Positions 1 to 9,418 of a stretch of 64,000 nucleotides of DNA are shown in pieces (position 1 is the first letter of the stretch; the number at the start of each line of letters is the position of its first letter). The translations under genes and the position numbers were made by a program. Source of the stretch: an uncultured Micromonosporaceae bacterium. GTDB taxonomy: Bacteria; Actinomycetota; Actinomycetes; Mycobacteriales; Micromonosporaceae. The stretch is from assembly GCA_964645345.1 (NCBI GenBank), contig CAZYCD010000002.1, forward strand, positions 27,276 to 91,275, given 5' to 3'. Below the pieces are notes generated by a model. That model did not search any database, was not told the DNA's origin, and saw nothing but the letters and a program-made list of their open reading frames with translations.

Positions 1-1099
1 GCTCCACCACCACGTCGACCTGGGTGGCGCGGGCGTGCTTGGCGGCGTTGGCCAGCGCCTCGGACACCACGAAGTACGCCGCGGTCTCCACCGGCCGGGG
101 TACCCGCCGGGGCAGCTCCACGAGCAGCCGGACCGGTACCGGCGACCGGGCGCAGATCCCGGACAGCGCCGCGTCCAGCCCCAGGTCGTCGAGTACCGCC
201 GGGTGCAGCCCGCGCACCACGTCGCGAAGCTCGGACAGCGCGAGCTTGGCCTCGTCGTGGGCCTGCTCGATGGCCTGGCGCACGCCCTCCGGTACGTCGG
301 TCATGGTGGTACGGGTCACGCCGAGGTTCATCGCCAGCGACACCAGCCGTTGCTGGGTACCGTCGTGCAGGTCCCGCTCGAGCCGGCGGCGCTGCGCGTC
401 GGCCGCGTCGATCACGTCCTTCCGGTCCCGGGCCAGCGTGTCCACCCGCACCGCCAGCTCCTCGTTGCGGCTGCGGGACAGCAGGCCCCGCACGGCCGCC
501 AGGTCCAGCGCCGCGGCCAGCTCCGCGATCCACGGTGCGGCGAACAGCAGCACCAGCCCGAGCGCGGTCAGCAGCACGACGGTCACCGGCTGGTGCGGGG
601 ACAGGCCGAGCAGCGCGTGGGCGGGCAGCGCCCAGGCGTAGACGGCGATGGTGGTCAGCAGCGCGCCGAGCGTCCAGGCGCCGGCGACCGCGACCACGGC
701 GGCCGGGCTCAGCAGCCCCGACAGGCAGTGGTACGCGACCTGCCGCCAGGTACCGGCCGACCGGGTGTCCGCCCACAGCCGGCGCAGGAAGGTCCGGCCG
801 ACCCGCAGATCGGTGACCGGCGGCGGCAGCACCGGCCCGCGCATGCCCTCGATCCGCGCGCGCTGCCACTCGGTGAACAGGCGGCACGAGGCGAACAGCG
901 CGGCGAAGAACGGAGCCGCGAGGATCGCGGTGACCGCGAAGGACAGCGCGAAACCGAGCAGCGTGAGCACCACGGTCGAGGCGAGCGCCGCGACCGGCAG
1001 TCCGACCAGCACCTGGGCGGTGGCCAGCCACGGACCGCTCGTCCAGGGGGCGCGCAACAGCCGCACCGCGCCGCCGCCGCGAGTCCCCGTGGTCGTCAT
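1..1099 (-). CDS. Membrane sensor histidine kinase (HisKA_3/NarX-type), truncated by the window start
   Basis: Minus-strand translation from ATG 1099 gives MTTTGTRGGGAVRLLRAPW..., TM segments, H-box RRRLERDLHDGTQQRLVSL and VETAAYFVVSEALANAAKH. Absent from the ORF track because its stop lies outside the window. Confidence 0.88.
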   Translation of the reverse strand, partial: MTTTGTRGGGAVRLLRAPWTSGPWLATAQVLVGLPVAALASTVVLTLLGFALSFAVTAILAAPFFAALFASCRLFTEWQRARIEGMRGPVLPPPVTDLRVGRTFLRRLWADTRSAGTWRQVAYHCLSGLLSPAAVVAVAGAWTLGALLTTIAVYAWALPAHALLGLSPHQPVTVVLLTALGLVLLFAAPWIAELAAALDLAAVRGLLSRSRNEELAVRVDTLARDRKDVIDAADAQRRRLERDLHDGTQQRLVSLAMNLGVTRTTMTDVPEGVRQAIEQAHDEAKLALSELRDVVRGLHPAVLDDLGLDAALSGICARSPVPVRLLVELPRRVPRPVETAAYFVVSEALANAAKHARATQVDVVVE

Positions 1100-1157
1100 G
1101 CCGTCGACTGTAGAGAGCCCGGCCCGGCCGGACCATGGTGTGTGCTGCCGTTGCGGG

Positions 1158-1175
1158 GGTGCACCCAGCACCACC
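1158..1175. promoter_or_regulatory. 18-bp pseudo-palindromic box GGTGCACCCAGCACCACC, candidate response-regulator site
   Basis: 19/20 identical (reverse complement) to 11644-11663 upstream of MMPL. Lies 45 nt upstream of the TACAGT -10 box (1112-1107) of the leaderless kinase gene. Confidence 0.65.
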
Positions 1176-1185
1176 GGTACCGGTG

Positions 1186-1217
1186 TATAGGAAGCCTATA
1201 GGGAGCCGCCCGATCCT
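1186..1217 (+). promoter_or_regulatory. SARP-type promoter of the tauD-PPTase-TEII operon
   Basis: TATAGGA-agcc-TATAGGG, 8 nt, then -10 GATCCT; same geometry at four other promoters. Confidence 0.7.
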
Positions 1218-1238
1218 TGGTCGAATGAGGAGAGAGGG

Positions 1239-2195
1239 GTGGCAAGGATGACCATGCCCACGCCGAGCGGGCCGCTGCCGTTCGTCATCGAGAATGACGA
1301 CCCCGGTACCGGCCTGGTCGCCCGCATCGAACGGGACCGCACGAAGATCCGGCAGCTCCTCGTGGAGCACGGGGCGGTGCTGCTGCGCGGCTTCGCCGCG
1401 GACGGCGTCGACGGGCTGGACACCGTGGTGCGCGCCCTGTCCGGCGATCCGCTGACCTACACCGAGCGGTCCTCGCCCCGCAGCACCATTAAGGGCCAGA
1501 TCTACACCTCGACGGACTACCCGCCGAACGAGGAGATCTTCCTGCACAACGAGAACTCGTACCAGGCGTCCTGGCCGCTGACGCTGTTCTTCCAGTGCCT
1601 CCAGCCGCCGACCACGCAGGGCGCCACGCCGCTGGCCGACATCCGTCAGGTGTACCGGTCGATCGACCCGGCGGTACGCGACGAGTTCGCCCGCCGCAAG
1701 TGGATGTTGCGGCGCAACTTCCACGGCTCCTTCGGGGTCTCCTGGGAGCACGTGTTCAACACCGACGACCGGCAGGCCGTCGAGGAGTACTGCGCCGGCC
1801 ACGGCATCACCTGCGAGTGGCTGCCCGGCGGCGGGCTACGTACCACGGCCGTGCGCGAGCCGATCCACGAGCACCCGGTGACCGGCGAGCCGGTGTGGTT
1901 CAACCACGCCACGTTCTTCCACGTGAGCACGCTGGCCAAGGACATCCGCGAGGGGCTGCTGAGCATCTTCGCCGAGCAGGACCTGCCCAGCAACACCTAC
2001 TACGGCGACGGCGGCACGATCCCGGACGACGTGGTCGACCACCTGCGCTCCTGCTACCGCGCGGCGTGGACCCGGTTCGACTGGCGGCTCGACGACATCC
2101 TGGTCGTCGACAACATGACCGCGGCGCACGCCCGCGAGCCGTACACCGGACCGCGCAGGATCGCTGTCGCCATGGCCGAGCCGTACCCGGCTTGA
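1239..2195 (+). CDS. TauD/TfdA-family Fe(II)/2-oxoglutarate dioxygenase (SyrP-like, probable Asp/Asn beta-hydroxylase)
   Basis: IYTSTDYP, FLHNENSY (HxE), WFNHA and DN...HAREPY.GPR motifs. The start may be ATG 1248. Confidence 0.85.
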   Translation: MARMTMPTPSGPLPFVIENDDPGTGLVARIERDRTKIRQLLVEHGAVLLRGFAADGVDGLDTVVRALSGDPLTYTERSSPRSTIKGQIYTSTDYPPNEEIFLHNENSYQASWPLTLFFQCLQPPTTQGATPLADIRQVYRSIDPAVRDEFARRKWMLRRNFHGSFGVSWEHVFNTDDRQAVEEYCAGHGITCEWLPGGGLRTTAVREPIHEHPVTGEPVWFNHATFFHVSTLAKDIREGLLSIFAEQDLPSNTYYGDGGTIPDDVVDHLRSCYRAAWTRFDWRLDDILVVDNMTAAHAREPYTGPRRIAVAMAEPYPA

Positions 2196-2869
2196 GCCGG
2201 TACCAGCGCAGCATCCGGATCTGGCACATCGCGCTGGACCCGGGACCGCGGATCGTCGCGCGCTGCCTCGGCCTGCTGGACGGCGCGGAGCGGGCGCGAC
2301 TGTCCCGCTTCGCCTCGCCCGAGCTGGCCCGGCGGTACGCGGTCGCGCACGGTGCCGCCAGGGAGCTGCTCGGCGCGCTGGTCGGTACGGCACCGGCCGG
2401 GCTGCGGTACCGGACCGGCCGGTGGGGCAAGCCGGCGCTGCACGGGTACCCGGGAGTGCACCACAACCTGAGCCACTCCGCGGAGATGGCACTGCTCGCC
2501 GTGTCCACGGACCGGGCGGTCGGCGTCGACGTGGAGCGGCTGCGGCCGTCGCTGCGCGCCCGGGCGCTGGCGGACCGGTACTTCCTGCCCGCGGAGGCAC
2601 GGGCGCTGGCCCGCCGGCCGGACGCCGAGCAGCCATGGTGGTACCAGCGGTTCTGGACCCGCAAGGAGGCGTGCGGCAAGGCGTCCGGGGTACCCCTGGT
2701 GGTCGCGCTGCGGTTCGCCGTCCACGGCCGGGCCGTACCCCCGCCGGCCGAGGGGGACTCGGGCCCCTGCCGGCTGGCCGACATCGCCACCGAGCCAGGG
2801 TACCTGGCCGCCGTGGCCATGCTCGGCGTCGGGCCCTACGAGGTGCAACACTTCCGGTGGCCGGGGTAG
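2192..2869 (+). CDS. Sfp-type 4'-phosphopantetheinyl transferase
   Basis: GKP, HNLSHS, VGVDVE and WTRKEA..KA motifs. The TTG start overlaps the tauD stop (TTGA); the upstream part of track ORF 1595..2869 is spurious. Confidence 0.88.
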   Translation: MSRYQRSIRIWHIALDPGPRIVARCLGLLDGAERARLSRFASPELARRYAVAHGAARELLGALVGTAPAGLRYRTGRWGKPALHGYPGVHHNLSHSAEMALLAVSTDRAVGVDVERLRPSLRARALADRYFLPAEARALARRPDAEQPWWYQRFWTRKEACGKASGVPLVVALRFAVHGRAVPPPAEGDSGPCRLADIATEPGYLAAVAMLGVGPYEVQHFRWPG

Positions 2870-2895
2870 CACCATCCACAGTGGAGGTTTGACAG

Positions 2896-3651
2896 ATGCC
2901 CGAGCGCGCCCTCTGGTTCCGGGTGTACCGGCCGGTTTCCTGGCCGCGGCTGCGCCTGGTGTGCTTCCCGCACGCCGGTGCCGGCGCCACCGCCTACCGC
3001 GCCTGGCCCGACCTGCTGCCGCCGGACGTCGAGCTGCTCGCGGTGTGCTACCCCGGCCGGCAGGACCGGTTCGGCGAGCCCTTTGCGTCCTCAGTGGACA
3101 GTTTGGCCGCCGACATCGCCGGCGCGCTGCTGCCGCTGACCGGTACCCCCTTCGCGCTGTTCGGGCACAGCATGGGCGCCTTGGTCGCCTACGAGGTCGC
3201 GGTGCGGCTGGAGCGGCGGCACGGGATCGTCCCCCGGCACCTGTTCGTCTCCGGCCGCTGGACGCCGGACCGCGAGGACGACCGCCGCCTGCACCTGGCC
3301 GACGACGAGGCGCTCATCGCGGAGATGGGCCGGCTCGGCAACGCCGACCTCGACGTGTTCGCGGTCACCGAGCTGCGCGAGATGATGCTCGACGTGCTGC
3401 GCGCGGACTACCGGCTGCTCGCCACACACAACCGCCCGGTACTCGACCGGATCGCCGCGCCGATCGCGGCCTACAGCGGGGACCGCGACCCGGGCTGCGC
3501 GCCGTCCGACGCCGCCGGCTGGGAGCGCGCCACCGCCGCCGGGTTCGCGCTGCGCGTTTTTCCGGGAGACCACTTCTATCTGGTACCCGGGGCGGCGCAG
3601 CTGGCCGGCGACCTCGTCGCGCGGCTGTCCGACGTACCCTCGCCCCACTGA
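2896..3651 (+). CDS. Type II (editing) thioesterase
   Basis: CFPHAG, YPGRQDR, GHSMG nucleophile and FPGDHFYL motifs. Confidence 0.92.
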   Translation: MPERALWFRVYRPVSWPRLRLVCFPHAGAGATAYRAWPDLLPPDVELLAVCYPGRQDRFGEPFASSVDSLAADIAGALLPLTGTPFALFGHSMGALVAYEVAVRLERRHGIVPRHLFVSGRWTPDREDDRRLHLADDEALIAEMGRLGNADLDVFAVTELREMMLDVLRADYRLLATHNRPVLDRIAAPIAAYSGDRDPGCAPSDAAGWERATAAGFALRVFPGDHFYLVPGAAQLAGDLVARLSDVPSPH

Positions 3652-3693
3652 TAGCCTGACCGCCGTGAGTACCTTGACCCTGCCGGGGCTGCC

Positions 3694-4344
3694 GTGCGTG
3701 TGGTGATCGCGGAGGACTCGGTACTGCTGCGCGAGGGCCTGGTGCGCCTGCTGGAGGCGGCCGGCATCGAGGTGGCCGCCGCGGTCGGCGACGCCGGAGA
3801 GCTGCTGCGCGAGGTGGCCGCGGGCGGGACCGACACGGTCATCGTCGACGTCCGCATGCCGCCCACGCACACCGACGAGGGGCTGCGCGCCGCGCTGACC
3901 CTGCGGCGGGAGCGACCGGACGTCGCGGTACTCGTGCTGTCCCAGTACGTGGAGGAGCGGTACGCGACCGAGCTGCTGTCCTCGAACACGCGCGGCGTCG
4001 GGTACCTGCTGAAGGACCGGGTCGCCGACGTGGCCGAGTTCATCGACGCGCTGCGCCGGGTGGCGGACGGCGGGACGGTGCTGGACCCGGAGGTGGTCGC
4101 CCAGTTGCTGGTACGCCGGCGCAGCGACCCCATGGAGCAGCTCACCGCCCGGGAGCTGGAGGTGCTGGGCCTGATGGCCGAGGGGCGCTCGAACTCCGGC
4201 ATCGCCACCGGACTGCACATCAGCGAGAGCGCGGTCGCCAAGCACGTCAACAGCATCTTCACCAAGCTGGACATCATCCAGGCCGACACCGACCACCGTC
4301 GGGTACTGGCGGTCCTGCGGTACCTGAGGATCGCGCCGCGATAG
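3694..4344 (+). CDS. NarL/LuxR-family response regulator
   Basis: VVIAED, DVRMPP, GYLLK receiver motifs; LTARELEVL..MAEGRSN helix-turn-helix. Confidence 0.93.
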   Translation: MRVVIAEDSVLLREGLVRLLEAAGIEVAAAVGDAGELLREVAAGGTDTVIVDVRMPPTHTDEGLRAALTLRRERPDVAVLVLSQYVEERYATELLSSNTRGVGYLLKDRVADVAEFIDALRRVADGGTVLDPEVVAQLLVRRRSDPMEQLTARELEVLGLMAEGRSNSGIATGLHISESAVAKHVNSIFTKLDIIQADTDHRRVLAVLRYLRIAPR

Positions 4345-4371
4345 AGAACGTATAGCTCGCCGCCGCAGCCT
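4340..4371 (+). promoter_or_regulatory. SARP-type promoter of ybaK-fabG (probably leaderless)
   Basis: GATAGAG-aacg-TATAGCT, 8 nt, -10 CAGCCT, then the GTG start 6 nt later. Confidence 0.65.
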
Positions 4372-4377
4372 GGAAGC

Positions 4378-4887
4378 GTGCAGCCGTCTGAGGACACCTA
4401 CGACCGGCTCGTCGCGCTCCTCGACCACAACCGGGCGCGGTACCGGTTCATCGACCACCGGCCGGAGGGCACCACGCTGGCCGCGAGCCGGCTGCGCGGC
4501 CACCCGCTGGCGCAGGCCGCCAAGTCGATCGTCGTGCGGGTCACGGTCGCCAAGAAGCGCAGCGAATACGCGCTGGCCGTGGTACCCGGCGACCGGAAGG
4601 TGGACCTCGACAGCGTGCGTGGGCTGCTGGGCGGGGTACGGGTCGGGTTCGCCCAGGCGGAGACCGCCGAGCGGCTGGCCGGAAGCGTCACCGGCACCGT
4701 CATCCCGTTCTCGTTCGATCCGAAGCTCGCCCTCGTCGTCGACCCGGGGCTGCTCGCCCACGAGGAGATCTTCTTCAATGCGGCGCGACTGGACCGCTCC
4801 ATCGGGCTGCACACCCACGACTATCTCGCGCTGAGCCGCCCCAGGGTCGCGGCGATCGCCCACCGCGAACCGAAGGAGACACCGTGA
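4378..4887 (+). CDS. YbaK/ProX (aminoacyl-tRNA deacylase-like) family protein
   Basis: AAKSIVV (conserved Lys), LAVVPGDRKVDL, GTVIPF and IFFNAARLDRSI motifs. Confidence 0.85.
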   Translation: MQPSEDTYDRLVALLDHNRARYRFIDHRPEGTTLAASRLRGHPLAQAAKSIVVRVTVAKKRSEYALAVVPGDRKVDLDSVRGLLGGVRVGFAQAETAERLAGSVTGTVIPFSFDPKLALVVDPGLLAHEEIFFNAARLDRSIGLHTHDYLALSRPRVAAIAHREPKETP

Positions 4888-5630
4888 CCGGTACCGATCG
4901 TCCCGTCGCCCTCGTGACCGGCGGGTCCCGCGGCATCGGCCGCGCCGTGGTCAACCGGCTGGCCACCGACGGCTACGACGTGAGCTTCTGCTACCAGTCC
5001 AATGTGGAGGCCGCCGCCCTGGTGGCCAAGTCGGCCGGCGAGCACGGCGGCCGGGTGCTGTACCGCCAGATCGACGTCGCGGACCACGAGCAGGTGCAGG
5101 GATTCGTCAAGGACACCGAGGACGAGCTGGGTCCCGTCGAGGCGGTGGTGACCGTGGCCGGCGTGATCCGCGACAAGCCGCTGGCCCTGATGTCCGACGA
5201 GGACTGGCAGGCGGTGCTGCGCACCAACCTCGACGGCACCTACCACGTGTGCCGCGCGGCGATCCGGCGGCTGATGAAGCGCCGCCGCGGCTCGATCGTC
5301 ACGATCTCCTCGGTCGCGGGGGTCGCCGGTACCCCGATGCAGACCAACTACGCCGCGTCCAAGGCGGGCATCATCGGCTTCACCATGGCACTGTCCAAAG
5401 AGGTCGGGCGCTACGGCATCCGGGTCAACGCGGTGGCTCCCGGGTTCGTCGAGACCGACATGCTGTCCGGGCTGACCGCCGAGTTCACCTCCTCGATGCT
5501 GGAGCGCATCTCCCTCGGCCGGCTCGGCCAAGCCGAGGAGGTGGCCGCGATGGTGTCCTTCCTGGCCGGCCCGCAGTCCTCCTACGTGACCGGCCAGGCG
5601 TTCCGGGTGGACGGCGGGATCGCGGTCTGA
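4884..5630 (+). CDS. fabG: 3-oxoacyl-ACP reductase (SDR)
   Basis: TGGSRGIG, NYAASKAG (YxxxK) and VNAVAPGFVETDM motifs; GTGA overlap with ybaK. Confidence 0.9.
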   Translation: MTGTDRPVALVTGGSRGIGRAVVNRLATDGYDVSFCYQSNVEAAALVAKSAGEHGGRVLYRQIDVADHEQVQGFVKDTEDELGPVEAVVTVAGVIRDKPLALMSDEDWQAVLRTNLDGTYHVCRAAIRRLMKRRRGSIVTISSVAGVAGTPMQTNYAASKAGIIGFTMALSKEVGRYGIRVNAVAPGFVETDMLSGLTAEFTSSMLERISLGRLGQAEEVAAMVSFLAGPQSSYVTGQAFRVDGGIAV

Positions 5631-5658
5631 CCACCGTCCACCATGGACACTGCGCCCC

Positions 5659-6453
5659 TCAGAGGGCGTACCGCACCTTGACGTCGCCGCTGCGGCTGCT
5701 CGCCACGATCCTGTGCGGGCTGCCCTCGTTGACGTCGACGGAGACCGTCCTGGTACCGGCGTCCGTGCTCGCCGCCACGCTGTACCCGCCGGAGCCGGCC
5801 CTGGGTACCCGCACGTCGATGTCGCCCGCGTCCGACTTCGCGCTCACGCTGTCGGGTACCACGGTGAGCGCGAGGCTGACCGCGCCCGCGTTGCTGAACG
5901 CGTCGACCCGCGTGCTGCCGAGGCTCGTACCGTCGACCTTCCCGGCGTTGGTACGCAGGGTCAGCGCCGAGCGGGTCTCCTCGACCGTCACGTCGCCCGC
6001 CTCAGTCTCCAGGTCCTGGGTGCCGTGCATGCCCCGGCTGGTGACGCTGCCCGCCTTGGTCTTGCCGACGACCGGCACGTCCTGCGGCAGCTGGATCTCG
6101 TAGTTGGTCGCGCAGTTGTGCTCGCTGGACGCGCACTGGTTGCTGATCTGCAGGGTGTTGCCGTTCCACTTCTCGGTGATGGTCGGCTTGGTGCTGTCCC
6201 AGCGCAGGTCCCGCTGGACCACGACCTGGCCCACGCTGCCCGGGCTCAGCCGGATGTCGCCGCTGTCGAGGTTGAGCTCGATGCGGTCGATCTGGTGCTG
6301 GTACGCCTGGTGCTGGCTCTCGTTATGGGCGGCCGCCGAGCCGGCCACCTTGCAGCCGCCGGGGGTCAGGGCGAGCAGGAGCGCGACGCTACCGGCCCGC
6401 CACCGCGACCCGACAAGCCGCCGCCCCCCCGACTTGTGGACGTTGGTCACCAC
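5659..6453 (-). CDS. DUF4097-like beta-strand-repeat exported or lipoprotein
   Basis: Hydrophobic N-terminus ending in a Cys, repeated xGxV/I motifs (SGDI, AGSV, AGDV, AGKV, AGAV, SGDV), GAGGAG RBS before GTG. Confidence 0.72.
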   Translation of the reverse strand: MVTNVHKSGGRRLVGSRWRAGSVALLLALTPGGCKVAGSAAAHNESQHQAYQHQIDRIELNLDSGDIRLSPGSVGQVVVQRDLRWDSTKPTITEKWNGNTLQISNQCASSEHNCATNYEIQLPQDVPVVGKTKAGSVTSRGMHGTQDLETEAGDVTVEETRSALTLRTNAGKVDGTSLGSTRVDAFSNAGAVSLALTVVPDSVSAKSDAGDIDVRVPRAGSGGYSVAASTDAGTRTVSVDVNEGSPHRIVASSRSGDVKVRYAL

Positions 6454-6531
6454 ATGCTCCTCCTCACGTATCCTGCCGCCAACGCTACGGAGACGGGCAC
6501 CGCCCAACCATGCAGCGGGTTGCCCAATGTC

Positions 6532-6549
6532 GCTGTACCTGTCTATACC
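6532..6549 (-). promoter_or_regulatory. Degenerate copy of the 18-bp response-regulator box (GGTATAGACAGGTACAGC)
   Basis: 44 nt upstream of the -10 TAGCGT (6487-6482) of the DUF4097 gene, the same spacing as the other copies. Confidence 0.45.
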
Positions 6550-6555
6550 CGGCGG

Positions 6556-8466
6556 CTACTCCGACGACTGGGCGCGGGCGAACAACCGGACCAGGCTGTG
6601 GAAGCAGTAGCGCGGCCGGCCCACGTGGTCGGAGCGGACGTCGAGCAGGCGCGCGTCCACCAGTGACTCGGCGACTTCCTCCCCCACCGCCAGCGGTACC
6701 CGCAGGACCGCCGCCACCGTCCACGCCGGGAACTCGGGCACGCTCAGGTGGGACAGCCGGCGCAGAGCCAGCCGCGCCTGCTGCCCGACGCGCTGGTAGC
6801 TGGCCCGCAGGCTCTCCTGGATGTCCAGCGCGCCCACCCTCAGCTCGTTGAGGCGGGCGCGCTCGTCCTCCAGCCGCTCGACGAGCCGGGCCAGCGTCCA
6901 GTGCGGCTTGGCGGCCAGTCGCGCGCTCACGATGCGCAGGCCCAGCGGCAGCCGGCCACACAGGTCCACCACCCGACGCGCGGCGATCGGGTCGGCCGCC
7001 ACCCGGTCCGTGCCCACCACCTTGCGCAGCAGGGCCAGCCCGTTCTCCGGCTCCAGCGGGTCGAGGTCGATCAGCTCCGCGCCCTCCAGGCCGGCCAACC
7101 GGACCCGGCTGGTGACGATGACCCGGCAGTCGCTGCCACCCGGCAGCAACGGCCGGACCTGCCGGTCGCAGACCGCGTTGTCCAGCAACAGGAGGATCCG
7201 GTGGCCGACCAGCCGGCTGCGGAACAGCTGGGAGCGCCGGGCCACGCCGGCCGGTACCGCCGACTCGTCGACCTTCAGCGCGCGCAGGAACCAGCCCAGC
7301 ACGTCGGCCGGATCGGCCGGGTGCGCCGTGGTGCCGCCGAGGTCGGCGTAGAGCTGGCCGTCCGGAAACTCCTGGCGCAGGACGTGCGCGGCGTGCACGG
7401 CCAGCGCCGTCTTGCCGGAGCCGGCCATCCCGCTGACCGCCGGGAACCGGTGCCGCCCGGCCTGGTCGCCGTTGGACAGTATCCGCAGGACCTGGCCCAG
7501 CTCCGGGTCCCGACCGGTGAAGTCCGGTACTGCGGGGGGCAGCATCGCTGGCGGGCGCGCGTACCGCCGGCTCGCCACCGCCGGGCTAGCCGCCCCGGCC
7601 GGGCGCAGCAGCTCGGGGTCGCCGGCCAGGATCGCGTGGTACACCTCGGCGAGCGTGGCGCCCGGGTCGGAGCCCATCTCCTCGGCGAGGATGCGGCGGC
7701 CGTCGTGGTACACGGCCAGGGCGTCGGACTGCCGGTCCACCCGGTACAGGGCGACCATGAGCTGGGCGCGCAGGCGCTCCCGCAGCGGGTGCCCGATGAC
7801 CAGGCCGGTGAGCTCGGGGATCAGCGAGCCGTGCCGGCCCAGCGCGAGATCGGCCTCCACCCGGCTCTCCAGCGCGACCATCCGCGCCTCCTCCAGCCGG
7901 TGCAGTTCGGCATCGGCGAGGAACTCGGTGACATTCGCCAGGGCCGGCCCGCGCCAGCAGGACAGCGCGGCCCGCAGCGTGTCGGCCGCCGAGTCGTACC
8001 GGCCGGCCCGCAGCGCCTCCTGACTGGCCCGGGCAAGCTGTTCGAACCGGACGAAGTCCGCCTGCATCGCGCCGATGTTCATCGTGTACCCGGGCCGTCG
8101 TCGCTCAATGTTCACCTCTGAACCGAGCGACTTTCGCAACCGTGACACGTAGGTGTAGATCTGGGCATTGACGGTGTTCGGCGGTCGCTCGCCCCACAGG
8201 AGGTAACTCAGCTGCGAGTCCGAAAGCATTCGCCCGTGGGCCAGCAGGAGCGCGGCAAGGACGGTGCGCTGTTTCGAGCCGTCGAGTGGGATCGGCACAC
8301 CATCGCGTATTACCTCGACCGGGCCGAGGATGCGGAACTCCAGGCGGGCAGCGTGTACCCCCAGGGGAACGAACGGGTTTAGCCGAGAGTCTCCTGCCTT
8401 GACTCCGGTGTCAGATAGTGTGCTTTCCACAATGGTCAACAACAGTCGTCCGCCCCCCAGACCCAA
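6556..8466 (-). CDS. AfsR/SARP-family transcriptional activator (winged HTH + BTAD + NB-ARC)
   Basis: EFRILGPV, YVSRLRK, WRGPAL, HPLRERL..QLM.ALYR, P-loop GMAGSGKT, LLLLDN and CGRLPLG motifs. The start is uncertain and may lie downstream (e.g. GTG 8430). Confidence 0.92.
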   Translation of the reverse strand: MGLGGGRLLLTIVESTLSDTGVKAGDSRLNPFVPLGVHAARLEFRILGPVEVIRDGVPIPLDGSKQRTVLAALLLAHGRMLSDSQLSYLLWGERPPNTVNAQIYTYVSRLRKSLGSEVNIERRRPGYTMNIGAMQADFVRFEQLARASQEALRAGRYDSAADTLRAALSCWRGPALANVTEFLADAELHRLEEARMVALESRVEADLALGRHGSLIPELTGLVIGHPLRERLRAQLMVALYRVDRQSDALAVYHDGRRILAEEMGSDPGATLAEVYHAILAGDPELLRPAGAASPAVASRRYARPPAMLPPAVPDFTGRDPELGQVLRILSNGDQAGRHRFPAVSGMAGSGKTALAVHAAHVLRQEFPDGQLYADLGGTTAHPADPADVLGWFLRALKVDESAVPAGVARRSQLFRSRLVGHRILLLLDNAVCDRQVRPLLPGGSDCRVIVTSRVRLAGLEGAELIDLDPLEPENGLALLRKVVGTDRVAADPIAARRVVDLCGRLPLGLRIVSARLAAKPHWTLARLVERLEDERARLNELRVGALDIQESLRASYQRVGQQARLALRRLSHLSVPEFPAWTVAAVLRVPLAVGEEVAESLVDARLLDVRSDHVGRPRYCFHSLVRLFARAQSSE

Positions 8467-9207
8467 AGCGCTCTGGTTACATTCCCTTCACGCGACCGTC
8501 AATAGTGTCGACGCCGAAACTCGGAATGAACACTCCACGTCGCATGGCCGACACAGCACGGGAACCCGCTTGCGGTGAGAAGCCGGTCGCTTGCCGGTCG
8601 TGACGAGTGCGCCCGGTAAAGCATCACATCTCCCCACAAAGAGCCACCACGACGACCGCAGCGGCCGGCGCCGGCCGCACAGCGGCCGGGCGCGGTCAGC
8701 AGCCACCATATTGGTACCAGTCGGTAATCAGTATTGAAGCTGACCGAACAAAGCCGAGCCCTGTTGCCGGATTACCGGCTCATTTCGCGAACCCAGCCGG
8801 GAACCTACCCAGGCCCTTCGCCCATGTCAAGTTCACGACGCCCCACCGGCCCCGTGAACGGCGCTCGGATAAAGGGCAGTTTACGGCCGGTCGTCGCCTG
8901 GCACGGATTGGCCACACAACACGCGGGTCGGGCCGAGTTCGGGCGCGTCCGAAACCGTATTTCGGCAGTGCCTGCCAAAGTCCGTTCGCGCCTTCTGGAA
9001 ATGATATGGACGGCATAGCCGAATGATCACGGTTGTATCCCGTTTGATCCACCTAATTCGGCGCAAAGGGATAGGTGTGCACGCGTCTTTGGTGACTCGG
9101 TGAGCCGCCCACCCGGGGGCGAATGCGGACGATACCGGGCAGCCCGGCGACGGTTGCGTGCGGAACTGGTGGTCCATCGCGCATTTTGTTGCTCAGTCAA
9201 CGTTTTC

Positions 9208-9243
9208 CAAAATTGACGGTTACTGTGAGATTCGTCAATTTTG
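9208..9243. promoter_or_regulatory. 11-bp perfect inverted repeat CAAAATTGACG-N14-CGTCAATTTTG
   Basis: Seen directly in the AT-rich intergenic region upstream of the SARP gene. Confidence 0.5.
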
Positions 9244-9418
9244 CTGACGCAACTAAAGCAAGGGTCAGTTCTGAATGTATTTCGGGTCCAGCGGAGATCC
9301 CGAGTGCCGTTCGCACCGTCAGTGACGGTACGCAGCGTGGCGGCCGGCGACCGCGCCGGAAGAGACGCGGTCGCCGGCCGTGGCCGACCTCCCCAGGTGG
9401 CTTCCGAGACGGAAGCGG

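Noticed and set aside
6532-6549. TATAGAC/TACAGCG as a sixth SARP box
   Set aside because: The period is 10 bp, not 11, and no -10 box lies 8 nt downstream; it fits the 18-bp two-component box spacing instead
8190-8400. Possible bldA-dependent TTA codon in the SARP gene
   Set aside because: The AT-rich triplets I checked in this stretch read AGT-TAC and CTA in frame, not TTA; the rest of the gene was not scanned exhaustively
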